Notes: generated by a model not told the origin, from the letters alone. Positions 8,760 through 18,796 are shown, counted from the stretch's first letter. The stretch is DNA of 64,000 bases from an uncultured archaeon (GCA_938083505.1 CALKCF010000002.1:96001-160000); one strand, 5' to 3'. A program made the numbers and translations.

Positions 8760-9218
8760 ATGGTTGTTTGGTACTTTGCTTACGGTGCTAACCTAAACAA
8801 AGATCTGATGAAGAAAAGGGTTGGCGGATGGAGGGATTGCAAGAGGGGCGTATTGGAAGGTTACAAGTTGAGCTTTGATGTTTTCTCAAAAAGCTGGGGA
8901 GGTGGTGTGGCGGACATAAGGGAAGAAAGCGGCTCCAAAGTTTACGGCGCAGTTTATCTACTTGATGAGGAGCAATTAAAGGTGCTTGATAGGTACGAAG
9001 GTGTTCCGAGCATTTACCTCAGAAGAAAAGTAATCGTGAAGACAGATGATGGTGAAGTTAAAGCCGTGACTTATGTCGCCGCTAACCCGAAACAGTACGT
9101 TAGACCCTCAGCAGAGTACCTAGCGATGATGCAAAAGGGCTTAAGACAGCATGGTTATGGTGACGAAGTTCTAAGAGAGGTTAGGAGGTTAGCTGAGGGG
9201 TTAGGATTAAAGATTTAA
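8760..9218 (+). CDS. Gamma-glutamylcyclotransferase family protein
   Basis: YFAYGANL, LDRYEG, PSAEYL. Confidence 0.9.
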   Translation: MVVWYFAYGANLNKDLMKKRVGGWRDCKRGVLEGYKLSFDVFSKSWGGGVADIREESGSKVYGAVYLLDEEQLKVLDRYEGVPSIYLRRKVIVKTDDGEVKAVTYVAANPKQYVRPSAEYLAMMQKGLRQHGYGDEVLREVRRLAEGLGLKI

Positions 9219-9242
9219 TATAAACTTCATCATACCTCAACA

Positions 9243-9797
9243 GTGTTGAAGATAGCAGTTGACCTTGATGGCGTTTTAGCTGATAGCATATCTATGTGGT
9301 TGGCGATATGGAATGCATCTAAAGGTAGCTCGCTTACACTTAAGGACGTTAAATGTTGGGATTTTTGGAAGGAACTCGGAATTACTTCGAGCGAGTTTCA
9401 TAGAATATTCTACAAAGCATGGAAAAATTGGCAACTAATACAACCAACGGAGTTGGATCTTATCTCTAAGGTCACAATGTTGGAAGAGTTGGGTAGAGTC
9501 GATATAGTGACCTCAAGGCCAAAGAACACCAGGGCATATGTATTAAAGTGGTTGGAAAAGCATGGGCTCGGCAACAAGAGCGTGGTGTTCGTTAAGAGCA
9601 ATAAATCAGAGCTCGACTATGAGGTTTACATAGATGACTCTCCGGTCAACGCCGAGGAGATAGCGTCCGCAGGAAAGTACGTAGCCTTATATGACAGACC
9701 GTGGAATAGACATATGATAGATACTTATAGGATAAAGCGTGTCATGAACTTGGAGGAAGCCTACCTATTCATAAAAACGCATGTTTTAGGACGTTAA
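9243..9797 (+). CDS. HAD-superfamily 5'(3')-deoxyribonucleotidase-like protein
   Basis: DLDGVL motif I, VTSR, YIDDSP, PWN. Confidence 0.85.
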   Translation: MLKIAVDLDGVLADSISMWLAIWNASKGSSLTLKDVKCWDFWKELGITSSEFHRIFYKAWKNWQLIQPTELDLISKVTMLEELGRVDIVTSRPKNTRAYVLKWLEKHGLGNKSVVFVKSNKSELDYEVYIDDSPVNAEEIASAGKYVALYDRPWNRHMIDTYRIKRVMNLEEAYLFIKTHVLGR

Positions 9798-9816
9798 GAT
9801 GTTTTTGTTTGAAATT

Positions 9817-11229
9817 TTATGAGCCCCACTCTGTGTGGAAAGTTCCAGACTTGTCGACCCTCTCGTATCCATGCGCACCGAAGCGGTCCCTTAAAGCCTG
9901 TATGAGATTTGCTGGCAGACGTTCGCGTCTAAAACAATCGAAGTAGTCTAAGGCAGAAGATATTGCAGGGCAGGGGATGCCGGTAAGCTTTGCCGTACTT
10001 ACGAATGACCTCCATTCCGCTTGTCTATCACATAACTCCTTTGCGTATGTAGTGTCAAGTAGAAGATTCACAAGCTCAGGTCTTCTGGAGTAAACGTCCA
10101 TTATCATGTTAAGCAACCTCGCCCTTATGATACATCCGCCTCTCCATACTTTGGCCACTTCCCACAACTTTGGGACATAGCCAAACTCCTTTGATGCCAC
10201 AGATATTAGGGACATTCCTTGAGCGAAGGCTACGAGCATTGTGCAGTGCAACGACGACCTTGCTGCACTTATAATAGACGATTTGTCTACATTAGGTTTT
10301 ACATCCATCATACATTTTATGATCTTCGATGCCGTAACCCTTTCTTCTTTCAACGCAGACATGTTTCTCGCAGAGACCGCGGCGTCAATCGTGGGCACAG
10401 GTACGCCTAAGTCCATTGCCGTCTGTGACGTCCACTTACCAGTTCCCTTCTGGCCTGCTTTATCCAATATTAGCTCGACAAGCGGTTTCTTAGTCTCATA
10501 ATCAATCTTACTCAAAACCTCAGAAGCTATCTCTAAAAGGAAGGAGTTTAGCTCTCCGGCGTTCCAATCGGCAAATATCTCAGAAATAGTTAGAGCATCT
10601 AACCCGAGCAACGTCGTAAAGGCATCATAGACCTCTGCTATGGCTTGCATTATTGCATACTCAATACCGTTGTGCACCATCTTCACGAAGTGACCGGCAC
10701 CACCAGGCCCCATGTAACCATAGCACGCATCATCCCCAACCTTTGCGGCAATCTTTACGAATACGGGCCTCATGATTTCCTCAGCCTCAGACGGGCCACC
10801 AGCCATTATACAAGGCCCCTTCAGCGCACCCTCCTCGCCACCGCTTATTCCAACACCCATGAAATGTATACCATGCTCTCCCAGCTTCTTCATTCTTCTT
10901 TCGGTATCTTTGAAGTACGAGTTACCACCATCTACTACTACGTCCCCCGGCTCAAGCCATACCATTAGCTGGCTAAGAAACTCATCAACAGCCTCACCAG
11001 CTTTAACCATCAATATTATCCTGCGGGGCTTCTCAAGAGATTTAACAAAGTCTTCTATAGAAAAGTATGCAAATATGTTTTTCCCCTTTGCTCTCTGTTC
11101 CATGAATGTTTTGGTCCTATCTGCAGACCTGTTATAAACGGATACCACGAACCCTTTATGTTCGATGTTGAGGGCAAGGTTTGCACCCATGGTTGCAAGT
11201 CCTATGAGCCCTACGTCTGACTCTCGCAT
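9817..11229 (-). CDS. gnd: 6-phosphogluconate dehydrogenase, decarboxylating, long NADP-type
   Basis: GLATMG Rossmann, YNRS, DGGNS, GISGGEEGA, KMVHNGIEY, GQKGTGKW, WRGGCIIR, RDRFGAH. Confidence 0.96.
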   Translation of the reverse strand: MRESDVGLIGLATMGANLALNIEHKGFVVSVYNRSADRTKTFMEQRAKGKNIFAYFSIEDFVKSLEKPRRIILMVKAGEAVDEFLSQLMVWLEPGDVVVDGGNSYFKDTERRMKKLGEHGIHFMGVGISGGEEGALKGPCIMAGGPSEAEEIMRPVFVKIAAKVGDDACYGYMGPGGAGHFVKMVHNGIEYAIMQAIAEVYDAFTTLLGLDALTISEIFADWNAGELNSFLLEIASEVLSKIDYETKKPLVELILDKAGQKGTGKWTSQTAMDLGVPVPTIDAAVSARNMSALKEERVTASKIIKCMMDVKPNVDKSSIISAARSSLHCTMLVAFAQGMSLISVASKEFGYVPKLWEVAKVWRGGCIIRARLLNMIMDVYSRRPELVNLLLDTTYAKELCDRQAEWRSFVSTAKLTGIPCPAISSALDYFDCFRRERLPANLIQALRDRFGAHGYERVDKSGTFHTEWGS

Positions 11230-11325
11230 AAATATATTTTTTTATCAAAGTAACAAAAAAGCTTATCGTATAATATATCAGTGGGGTTAACATAAAACTA
11301 TAATTCTGACCTTTCCACATGAATT

Positions 11326-12492
11326 TTGAGAAACATGGGTCAAACTGTTAGTAGCTTAGGTTACATCAACCAGATATTCCAAAATGTGGAGCTCGTTGAC
11401 GTGCCGCAACAGGAGAATTTCTATTACAGTCTTATGAAAAGCGGGGTGATAATTCCATCGGCTGAAGGAAGGTCTAAAGGCGCGCTAAGCATAGTGTGCA
11501 GCGAGATGGCCAAGATGAGGAAGGGAAAGATAATCGTGGACAGGAGCGACCTTGGCTTTCCAGGTAGGAGCATTTCTGAGGCGGCACCAATCCTGAAACA
11601 CAGATATGGTTATGTAAGCTTGCTAATAAACAGCGGCAGCGGTAAATCACTCATGCCCCTTATAGATGCTCAGAGTATGGCCCTTCATATAGAAAAGACG
11701 GGAGATGTCAAAAACTTTAGCATAGATGTCATGACTTCGGATGCCAACTCACCAATAGGGAAGCTCGGTGAAAAATATGGGAACGTCCTCATAATTAAAG
11801 GACGAGGGGAGAACAAGCGAACGGAGGGTGAAGCAAGGGAATTCCAATCCCATGGCATACTGGAGGACGTATTCATTCTGGGCAGCATGGTAATGCTTTA
11901 TGCAATGGCGGAGGCCATGAATGACGATAAGCCGGCTGAGAAGATACAGGATTATGTAAGCCCACTTTCGGTGGAGATATGTAAGATGGTGGACGACGTT
12001 ATAAAATCAAAATTCTTTGAATTTTTGGTGAATAATCTAGAAGAGAGGAAGGCCTGCTTCTTTGCTGGTCTCGGTAGCGGTCAGGAAGTTGCCAGAATGA
12101 CTGCAGTAAGGGTTGGACATGTAAAAAGAGCGATAGGTGACCACGTATACGTTGCGGGCGAGTCAAGCACACCAGCTCCAAGGGCTGGCGACATTTTGAT
12201 AGTTATTTCTCAAAGTGGTGAGACTGAGATAGTCCTAAGCTGGTGTAAGAACTTCAAAAGGCTGGGCGGCAAGATTGCCGCAATAATTGGGACGCCTGGT
12301 TCAACGCTACAATCGATTGCCGACGAATCTTATGTAATAAAGAGTGAAAGGGTTCCTGGCAAACCAAGCGACTTTTACGTCAAGGCTGCGTTCGCGCTTA
12401 GCCCTCTGCCCATATACTTGGTCAGTCGTATTGAGGAGCGTGGCCTGAAGTTACCAGAATACATACTAAAATGGTACCATTCAGTAATGTGA
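11326..12492 (+). CDS. Tandem SIS-domain sugar-phosphate isomerase (HxlB/PHI-like repeats)
   Basis: Repeat 1: SAEGRSKG..NSGSGKS..TSDANSPIG. Repeat 2: AGLGSG..GESSTP..GDILIVISQSGET..STLQSIAD. Confidence 0.75.
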   Translation: MRNMGQTVSSLGYINQIFQNVELVDVPQQENFYYSLMKSGVIIPSAEGRSKGALSIVCSEMAKMRKGKIIVDRSDLGFPGRSISEAAPILKHRYGYVSLLINSGSGKSLMPLIDAQSMALHIEKTGDVKNFSIDVMTSDANSPIGKLGEKYGNVLIIKGRGENKRTEGEAREFQSHGILEDVFILGSMVMLYAMAEAMNDDKPAEKIQDYVSPLSVEICKMVDDVIKSKFFEFLVNNLEERKACFFAGLGSGQEVARMTAVRVGHVKRAIGDHVYVAGESSTPAPRAGDILIVISQSGETEIVLSWCKNFKRLGGKIAAIIGTPGSTLQSIADESYVIKSERVPGKPSDFYVKAAFALSPLPIYLVSRIEERGLKLPEYILKWYHSVM

Positions 12493-12493
12493 G

Positions 12494-13528
12494 CTACTCC
12501 GCAACTTTTCTTATGGGTTTATCTAACATTTCATGGAACTCTCTCATCCAAGGCAATATATCCCTTCCAAGAATGCTAATGAACTTCTCCTCGTCCGGGC
12601 TGGCGCTGTGTATGTACACTATATCGAGCCTCAGCTTAAGGAATTCTGCAAGCTCCTTGAATATATCGTCCGGGTCCGTTGTTATGAGCCAAGTTCTTTT
12701 GATTTTTTCTATCTCCTCTGGACTGACATTTGCCTCCAACTCTCTAGGGTCGTAGAGCTTTTCTCGTTTTTCCCTCGGTATCGCTGTTGATGCCCAGAAA
12801 AGTGCAGAGTTTAACGCTCTATCGTAATCCACGTCGTATGAAACTTTGAATTCCATAGACTTTACGAGTGTTGACGGATCCCTTCCGGCCTCTATCGCAG
12901 CCTTCTCCATGGCACGAACTATCTCGTAATATTTCTCAAGACCCCTAGGATTTATCAGCATACCGTCGCAAAGCCTTCCGGCGATCTTCGCGACCCTTGG
13001 ACATGCCGACGCTACGTATATCGGTATCTTCATCTTTGGCTTTGTATAGAGCTTTGCGTTCCTCAGTCTGTAGTACTTTCCCTCAAAATTTACGAAATCA
13101 CCTTTCCAGAGCTCCAGTATTATCTTGATAGCTTCTTCAAGCCTATCAACCTTCTCCTCAAAGCCTGGCCATTCAAACCCCAGAGGTTTCTCGTTCATCG
13201 CATGACCTGTACCAACAGTCAGGAACACCCTACCAGGATACATATAGTCTAACGTTGCAAAAGCCTGGGCAACGATTGCCGGATGATACCTGAACATCGG
13301 TGTGGTTACAGCAGTGCCTACTTGAACCCTCTTTGTTCTTTCTGCCACCGCTGCAAGCCAAACCCACGGAAAACCTGACTGTCCGCCAGTGTCACGCCAT
13401 GGATGGAAGTGATCGCTCGTAGCTATTATATCAAAACCCGCGACCTCTGCTCTGACTGCAAAGTCCAGCAGACGTGTCGGATCATATTGTTCCTGTGCCG
13501 CCCAATAGCCTAACCTGAGTGTCCTCAT
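12494..13528 (-). CDS. F420-dependent sugar-6-phosphate dehydrogenase-like LLM oxidoreductase (Fgd family)
   Basis: GY..QEQY, SDHFHPW, TPMFRYHPAIVAQAFATL..YPGR, EFKVSYD, FWA...DP, W...DPD as in Fgd. Confidence 0.8.
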   Translation of the reverse strand: MRTLRLGYWAAQEQYDPTRLLDFAVRAEVAGFDIIATSDHFHPWRDTGGQSGFPWVWLAAVAERTKRVQVGTAVTTPMFRYHPAIVAQAFATLDYMYPGRVFLTVGTGHAMNEKPLGFEWPGFEEKVDRLEEAIKIILELWKGDFVNFEGKYYRLRNAKLYTKPKMKIPIYVASACPRVAKIAGRLCDGMLINPRGLEKYYEIVRAMEKAAIEAGRDPSTLVKSMEFKVSYDVDYDRALNSALFWASTAIPREKREKLYDPRELEANVSPEEIEKIKRTWLITTDPDDIFKELAEFLKLRLDIVYIHSASPDEEKFISILGRDILPWMREFHEMLDKPIRKVAE

Positions 13529-13632
13529 ACCTGCCTTACTATGAGCGAGTCAGACCTATTTAGTCTTGCTTATAAACTTGGCCAAATAATTAATATGCCG
13601 CTAAAAATGAGCTACTTGAATCAGGTGGGTCT

Positions 13633-14289
13633 ATGTTCGTGTTACTTTCGCATAAACTCAGCACCGCAACGCCTGTATATGCCAGGGGCCCAAGCCTTAC
13701 ACTGAAGCCCTTGAAGCAAATAAGCAAGGGCGACAGCAGTAACAGCTACCTAATAGAAATACCAAACCATTTGGGAACACATGTGGATGCGCCTCGGCAT
13801 TTCGATCCTTCTGGGCGCTCTATAGCGGATTACGGGATAGAAAGTCTAACATTTAAAAAACCGCTATTGCTTAACATACCGAAGCAAGATTCGGAGCTGA
13901 TTATGGCCGAAGATTTGGAAAGGCATGAGGACAAAATTATAGAGGCAGACATACTTCTAATAAAGACCGGTTTCCAGAGGTTTAGGTCATCTGACCCCCA
14001 AAGGTACAGCATGCACAACCCAGGCCTTTCCTCCAATGCTGCCAGCTACGTAGTTAAGAACTTTCCAAACCTTAGGGCCCTAGGTTTGGACACGATTTCC
14101 TTATCTTCTGTTGACCATAGAGAGGATGGTAGGCTTTCGCATAAGATATTGTTGAGCGGTCGGGATTTCTTTATTATAGAGGACATGGACCTTTCGAAGC
14201 TTACTGAAAGTCCAAAGATGGTGATGGTCGTACCACTCTTTATCGAAGGTATCGATAGCGCTCCTTGCGTCGTAATTGCCGAGGTTTAA
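13633..14289 (+). CDS. Cyclase family metal-dependent hydrolase (KynB-like)
   Basis: HLGTHVDAPRHF signature, GLDT.S, SHK.LL, IIED, DSAP. Confidence 0.9.
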   Translation: MFVLLSHKLSTATPVYARGPSLTLKPLKQISKGDSSNSYLIEIPNHLGTHVDAPRHFDPSGRSIADYGIESLTFKKPLLLNIPKQDSELIMAEDLERHEDKIIEADILLIKTGFQRFRSSDPQRYSMHNPGLSSNAASYVVKNFPNLRALGLDTISLSSVDHREDGRLSHKILLSGRDFFIIEDMDLSKLTESPKMVMVVPLFIEGIDSAPCVVIAEV

Positions 14290-14343
14290 CTAAGGGTTAC
14301 CCTTCTTGAATTTTTTCGGAAAAATTTTACACGTTAATGAAGC

Positions 14344-14374
14344 CGTAAACCTATAATTTTACGAAAAACGTAAA
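14344..14374. promoter_or_regulatory. Putative transcription-factor site (three CGTAAA half-sites) upstream of TATA
   Basis: CGTAAA 14344, TTTACG 14358, CGTAAA 14369; TTAAATA box follows at about 14383. Confidence 0.35.
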
Positions 14375-14423
14375 CATTATGCTTAAATACGTATAATGGT
14401 AACGATAAACATACGAATAGGCC

Positions 14424-15821
14424 ATGAGACCGGTCATCCTCGACTCAACGTTACGCGAGGGGCAACTTTATAGGATATTTAGTCGTGAAGTCAACAAACA
14501 GATAGCCGTTCAGCTGGCAGAGATAAACATTCCAAGGATAGAGCTAACGGTCGATTATCCACCTAGGACCACATATGAGGATGTTGCATGCATCGTAGAT
14601 GCATTGGGTTCTTACGACGTGGAGATCGTGATGCACGGCAGGGCTTACCAGAGGGATATAGAGGCAATGAGCAAGTACGACATAGATGGTTGTGCCCTTT
14701 ACCTTGCACCGACGGACATTCATAGAGAGTACAAGCTTGGCGGCATATCTTATGAGGATGCTGTACGGAGGATGGAAGAATCGATAGAATTGGCAAAATC
14801 ATTTGGCTTCAAGTACATAAGAGCAACAGTTGAGGATGCAAGTAGGTTTTACTTAGAAGGCCAAGCCGGTATGGAAAAACTTTTAAAACTTATTGACTTA
14901 TTGGGTGATGTTGGTGCAAGTTTAGTAAGCGTACCGGATACAGCCGGCATGTTATCTCCGACTCAAGCCAAAGACTTCGTGTCAAAGATAAAGAAAAAAT
15001 GCAAGACCCCAATATCGTGTCATTTCCACAACGACTATGGTTATGCTTCAGCGAACACGGTCGAGGCAGTAGCCGAAGGTGCTGATGAGGCGCATGTATG
15101 TATACTTGGAATCGGTGATAGAAATGGAATAGCGGATCTTTACGAAGTCATTGCAGGGTTAGAAGATCTATACAACATAAACACAGGTGTGAGGCGCGAG
15201 GCTATTTCTAAGCTCTATGAAAAATTTTCAAAGCTTACAGGCATAAGACCCTACTTTTCCCATCCACTTTCGAAAGAAGCCAGAACTGTCAGGGCAGGTG
15301 TGCATCAATCCATGGTCATTAAGATGCCGAAGGGTTATGTCCCTGAAAAGAAGCTGATATATGACTTTAACGGAAGTCTTATATTTGAAGCTACTCCTTA
15401 CTTGAGTCATAAAATTGTTGAAAGGCTACTGTCGAAGTATGGAGTTAAGGACGATGAGGTGAGAAAGATTACAGAGATTCTCGCCTACAGCGCAAGTAGC
15501 AAAGGAAGAAAGCTCCTACCGTCAGAAGTTAGGGAGATCCTATTGAACGCTGGCATATCAGTCAGCATGGAAGAAATCTCGAACATGTTCGGAACCGAGA
15601 GCGCCTACATCCTGATAAGGCTGAAGCCCCAGTTCCCGGCATCAAAGATAATAAGCGAGCTTATAACATGGGATGATGTAGAAAGTATCGACGAAGTTTA
15701 TGGCGATGTGGATATGATAATAAAGGCGAAAGTGTTGTCAGGTGATGATAACGTGGTGTCCCGTCTTAAGAAGACTTTTTCCGGGGTTGTCGAAGACGTT
15801 AGGGTACTAATCACCGACTAA
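14424..15821 (+). CDS. Homocitrate synthase/LeuA-family (DRE-TIM) enzyme with C-terminal RAM (Lrp/AsnC ligand-binding) domain
   Basis: DSTLREG, HGRA..RDIE, DTAG, HFHND.G, AGVH; C-terminal EVYGDVDMII RAM motif. Confidence 0.8.
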   Translation: MRPVILDSTLREGQLYRIFSREVNKQIAVQLAEINIPRIELTVDYPPRTTYEDVACIVDALGSYDVEIVMHGRAYQRDIEAMSKYDIDGCALYLAPTDIHREYKLGGISYEDAVRRMEESIELAKSFGFKYIRATVEDASRFYLEGQAGMEKLLKLIDLLGDVGASLVSVPDTAGMLSPTQAKDFVSKIKKKCKTPISCHFHNDYGYASANTVEAVAEGADEAHVCILGIGDRNGIADLYEVIAGLEDLYNINTGVRREAISKLYEKFSKLTGIRPYFSHPLSKEARTVRAGVHQSMVIKMPKGYVPEKKLIYDFNGSLIFEATPYLSHKIVERLLSKYGVKDDEVRKITEILAYSASSKGRKLLPSEVREILLNAGISVSMEEISNMFGTESAYILIRLKPQFPASKIISELITWDDVESIDEVYGDVDMIIKAKVLSGDDNVVSRLKKTFSGVVEDVRVLITD

Positions 15822-16626
15822 CGAGTCCCCCGATGTATTCTTTGATAACTTCCGCAGTAGTTAAACCTCTGAAGACCTTGACTATGTTTCCGTCTTCATC
15901 CATTAATACTAGGTGCGGATACCCAGTTGCTCCAAAAGCATTAAGAAGCCTATATTCAGGGTCCATTCCTGTCTGCCAAGAGACGCCGTGTGCCTCGTTA
16001 AACGAAACGACATCTTCAACCGTCACTCTAATGTCTGCGCATACAGATAACACGTTGATTATATCACCATAATTTTCCACGATCTTCTTTAATTCATAGG
16101 CCTGCATGCTACAGTATTTACACCAAGGCGACATCAATTCTAACAGTAAGGGCTTACCCTTAAAATTCGATAGAGTTATAACCTCACCGTTTAAGAGCTC
16201 AAACTCCACGTGAAGGTATTGTCGTTCATTTGGATGTATGATAAGTCCTAACTCACCACCGATGTACGCCGTCGCGACCACACTTACAATACCGGTGAGC
16301 GAAACAATTAACGATATACTCACAATCTGCTTTAGTTTGGTTTGAAAAGCCTCTTTTTTAGAGACATAAAACAATAGGAGTAAAATACCTAGAGCTAGCG
16401 TTGGAGCTAAAAAACTTAGGTTAACCTCTAGCCCTCCAAGTTTCGCATAGTATCCTAAAAGGTTAACAAGTACAGGACTGCAAAGACAGTCAAGGCCAGA
16501 CTCTTTCGCTGCAAGGTTCGGAACACCCACTATTGCCGCCAATATGCCGGACACAGACCATAGAACAAACACCACAAACAGCCCTAAGATTAACTTAACT
16601 AAAAACTGACTCTTTACATTCTTCAT
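15811..16626 (-). CDS. Membrane-bound TlpA/thioredoxin-like oxidoreductase
   Basis: About three TM helices then LSNFKGKP..SPWCKYC and GYPHL cis-Pro motif; ATG 16626 chosen to avoid overlap with aglB. Confidence 0.8.
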   Translation of the reverse strand: MKNVKSQFLVKLILGLFVVFVLWSVSGILAAIVGVPNLAAKESGLDCLCSPVLVNLLGYYAKLGGLEVNLSFLAPTLALGILLLLFYVSKKEAFQTKLKQIVSISLIVSLTGIVSVVATAYIGGELGLIIHPNERQYLHVEFELLNGEVITLSNFKGKPLLLELMSPWCKYCSMQAYELKKIVENYGDIINVLSVCADIRVTVEDVVSFNEAHGVSWQTGMDPEYRLLNAFGATGYPHLVLMDEDGNIVKVFRGLTTAEVIKEYIGGLVSR

Positions 16627-16699
16627 AAAAGCCTCCCCCTTCTTTAATGCCAACCCAAAAATATATAAGATCTCTAGTTCAGTAATTAAGATTTTTCCA

Positions 16700-18796
16700 T
16701 CAATCTGTAAGCTCGTAAATGTATACGTATGCATAACTCCTATATGGAGGGCTGGACGAATAGATGAGCTTGAAACCACTTACGTTAGGCTCCTCGTAAT
16801 AATGTGTAACAGCACCACTTTCTGTGCGTGGTTTGTAAGGTATAAGTTGACCGAGTAATGTTTCCTTCCAAAACCTATCCGTAGCGCCCACGGTTAGTGG
16901 TTTTGTTGGGTCATAGTAGTCTCTTTCGCTGAAGCGCTCTATACCGAGCTTTTGTGCTTCTTGATTTGCTATTCTTAGCATCCAGACCCATTTTCCCTCG
17001 TCACCGTAACCAAGCAACCTTGGTAAATATGTGCCAGCATATGACACAACTTCGTGCGTTACGAATATTAAAACATGAGTTACACCATATTGCCTCAGTA
17101 TCTGAGCAGCCTTTTCAGGCGGCGACATGAATGCAAGTGCCAAAACCCCAATCTGCGTACTATTCGTTGTTGAGTTATCGGCAAGCGTGGTCTTGTTTCC
17201 CATTACGGTAATCCAATAACCATAGTCCCACCATGCAGCAACGACTGCGTTGTCTGGAAGATTGTCTCTCATCCATGAGAGTGCGTTTATCCAGTCAGGT
17301 ATGTTTGCCGCAACCGGTAACGTGCTTTGTATCACCGTAGGAGGAACGTATGCCTGGTCTATTGGTGATAATCTCGGTAAGCTTCTACCAATAAGAAAAG
17401 AGGGTGCTAACGGAGCTGTCAACATCAACACAACAAGCAGGGGCGTCACAATCGCGTATTCTATCGGAACTCTTTCTCCTTTTCTCATTTTAACTCTGCT
17501 TGTTATTACGTTCCCAAACGAGTCAAATATTCTACCGATAGCGTATCCAGAAGTTATTGCAATGAACGGTGCAGCTAGCGCAGATAACCTAACCATAGAT
17601 GCCGCGAAGTATACACTAAAGATGGTAAGAACAGATATGAATATTGCTTCATCGGTTCCTTTCTTTAATAGATAATAAATTCCCACAGGAACGAATACCA
17701 AGAAGAACCCTAAATCCATGAACATCGTTGTCCACGTACCTAACTGGTTCTCCGCAACAGATACTAGAATAGGTAATTCGCCTCTCATACCCGGCAGTAC
17801 TGTTGAAAGGAACTTAGTAGCCGGAAGTGCGGCCAAGATACCGAGCGATACCAACAGAACTATTGTCGTAATCCTGGGCACGAAACTCCTTAGGAATTTA
17901 TTGCCGAAGTTGCTCGAGAGTTCGAAGACTACGAGTAGAAAAAGGACCACCAGCCCACTTATTATAGTTATGTCATTTAAGTAACCTACACCACCTAACT
18001 TAGGGACGGATGTTGCTATCGTCGATGCTAAACCAAATGTTATCGAGTAAGACACTAGAAGTTCTCTTCTATACCGCCCTATGAATGAAAGCAACAACGT
18101 TATTATGTGTATAAACATGAACGGGAATTTATGAGCACCCCAGCATGTCGCAACGTATCCTAAGAAGAGGCCAGATAGGACAGAAAATATAATCACATGT
18201 TTGAGGCTCTTCCCCTTTTTGATGGCATAAACATACATGAGAAAACTTATCAGCATAAATGGTATGGAAATGCTCTCGTCATCGAACCAGCCTGCATGTG
18301 TCCTGCTTATGTTTGCATTGCTTATCGCTAAGGCGAACGCTGCCAATAGACCGGTTGATTTCCCACCAACCTCTTTACCTAGGAAATAAACTACGAGTAC
18401 AGCTACCACAGACATTATCGCAGGGAAGATGACGGCCAGTTCCAAAAGGTCGACATGTATACCTATTGATGATAAGGAGAGATAGATGAACGCCAGCAAG
18501 AAAGGAAGTCCTGGGTAGAAAGTCTTACTTACAAACTGTCCATAAGGATACCAACGTTCCGTATCTATCCAAGAGAAATACTCAACAAAGCCTGACCATC
18601 CTCTTTCGACGATAAATTCTGCTTGGCGGAACTGCATCCATGGATCAAACTCTGACAAAAGAGTACCCCACCTGATCGGCAGCATCCTGATAGTGAATGC
18701 AATTACCAAAATAGACATCATAGCTGCGATCTCTAGGACGATAGGTTTAAACGTGAGAAATGAACGGATACTGCTTTTAATTTCCATAAACTTCAC
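16700..18796 (-). CDS. aglB: Oligosaccharyltransferase STT3/AglB
   Basis: EFDPW, WYPYG..YPG, AGWFDDE, SVAEN, WWDYG, DNST; many TM helices; ATG at 18787 is the more likely start. Confidence 0.96.
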   Translation of the reverse strand: MKFMEIKSSIRSFLTFKPIVLEIAAMMSILVIAFTIRMLPIRWGTLLSEFDPWMQFRQAEFIVERGWSGFVEYFSWIDTERWYPYGQFVSKTFYPGLPFLLAFIYLSLSSIGIHVDLLELAVIFPAIMSVVAVLVVYFLGKEVGGKSTGLLAAFALAISNANISRTHAGWFDDESISIPFMLISFLMYVYAIKKGKSLKHVIIFSVLSGLFLGYVATCWGAHKFPFMFIHIITLLLSFIGRYRRELLVSYSITFGLASTIATSVPKLGGVGYLNDITIISGLVVLFLLVVFELSSNFGNKFLRSFVPRITTIVLLVSLGILAALPATKFLSTVLPGMRGELPILVSVAENQLGTWTTMFMDLGFFLVFVPVGIYYLLKKGTDEAIFISVLTIFSVYFAASMVRLSALAAPFIAITSGYAIGRIFDSFGNVITSRVKMRKGERVPIEYAIVTPLLVVLMLTAPLAPSFLIGRSLPRLSPIDQAYVPPTVIQSTLPVAANIPDWINALSWMRDNLPDNAVVAAWWDYGYWITVMGNKTTLADNSTTNSTQIGVLALAFMSPPEKAAQILRQYGVTHVLIFVTHEVVSYAGTYLPRLLGYGDEGKWVWMLRIANQEAQKLGIERFSERDYYDPTKPLTVGATDRFWKETLLGQLIPYKPRTESGAVTHYYEEPNVSGFKLIYSSSPPYRSYAYVYIYELTD

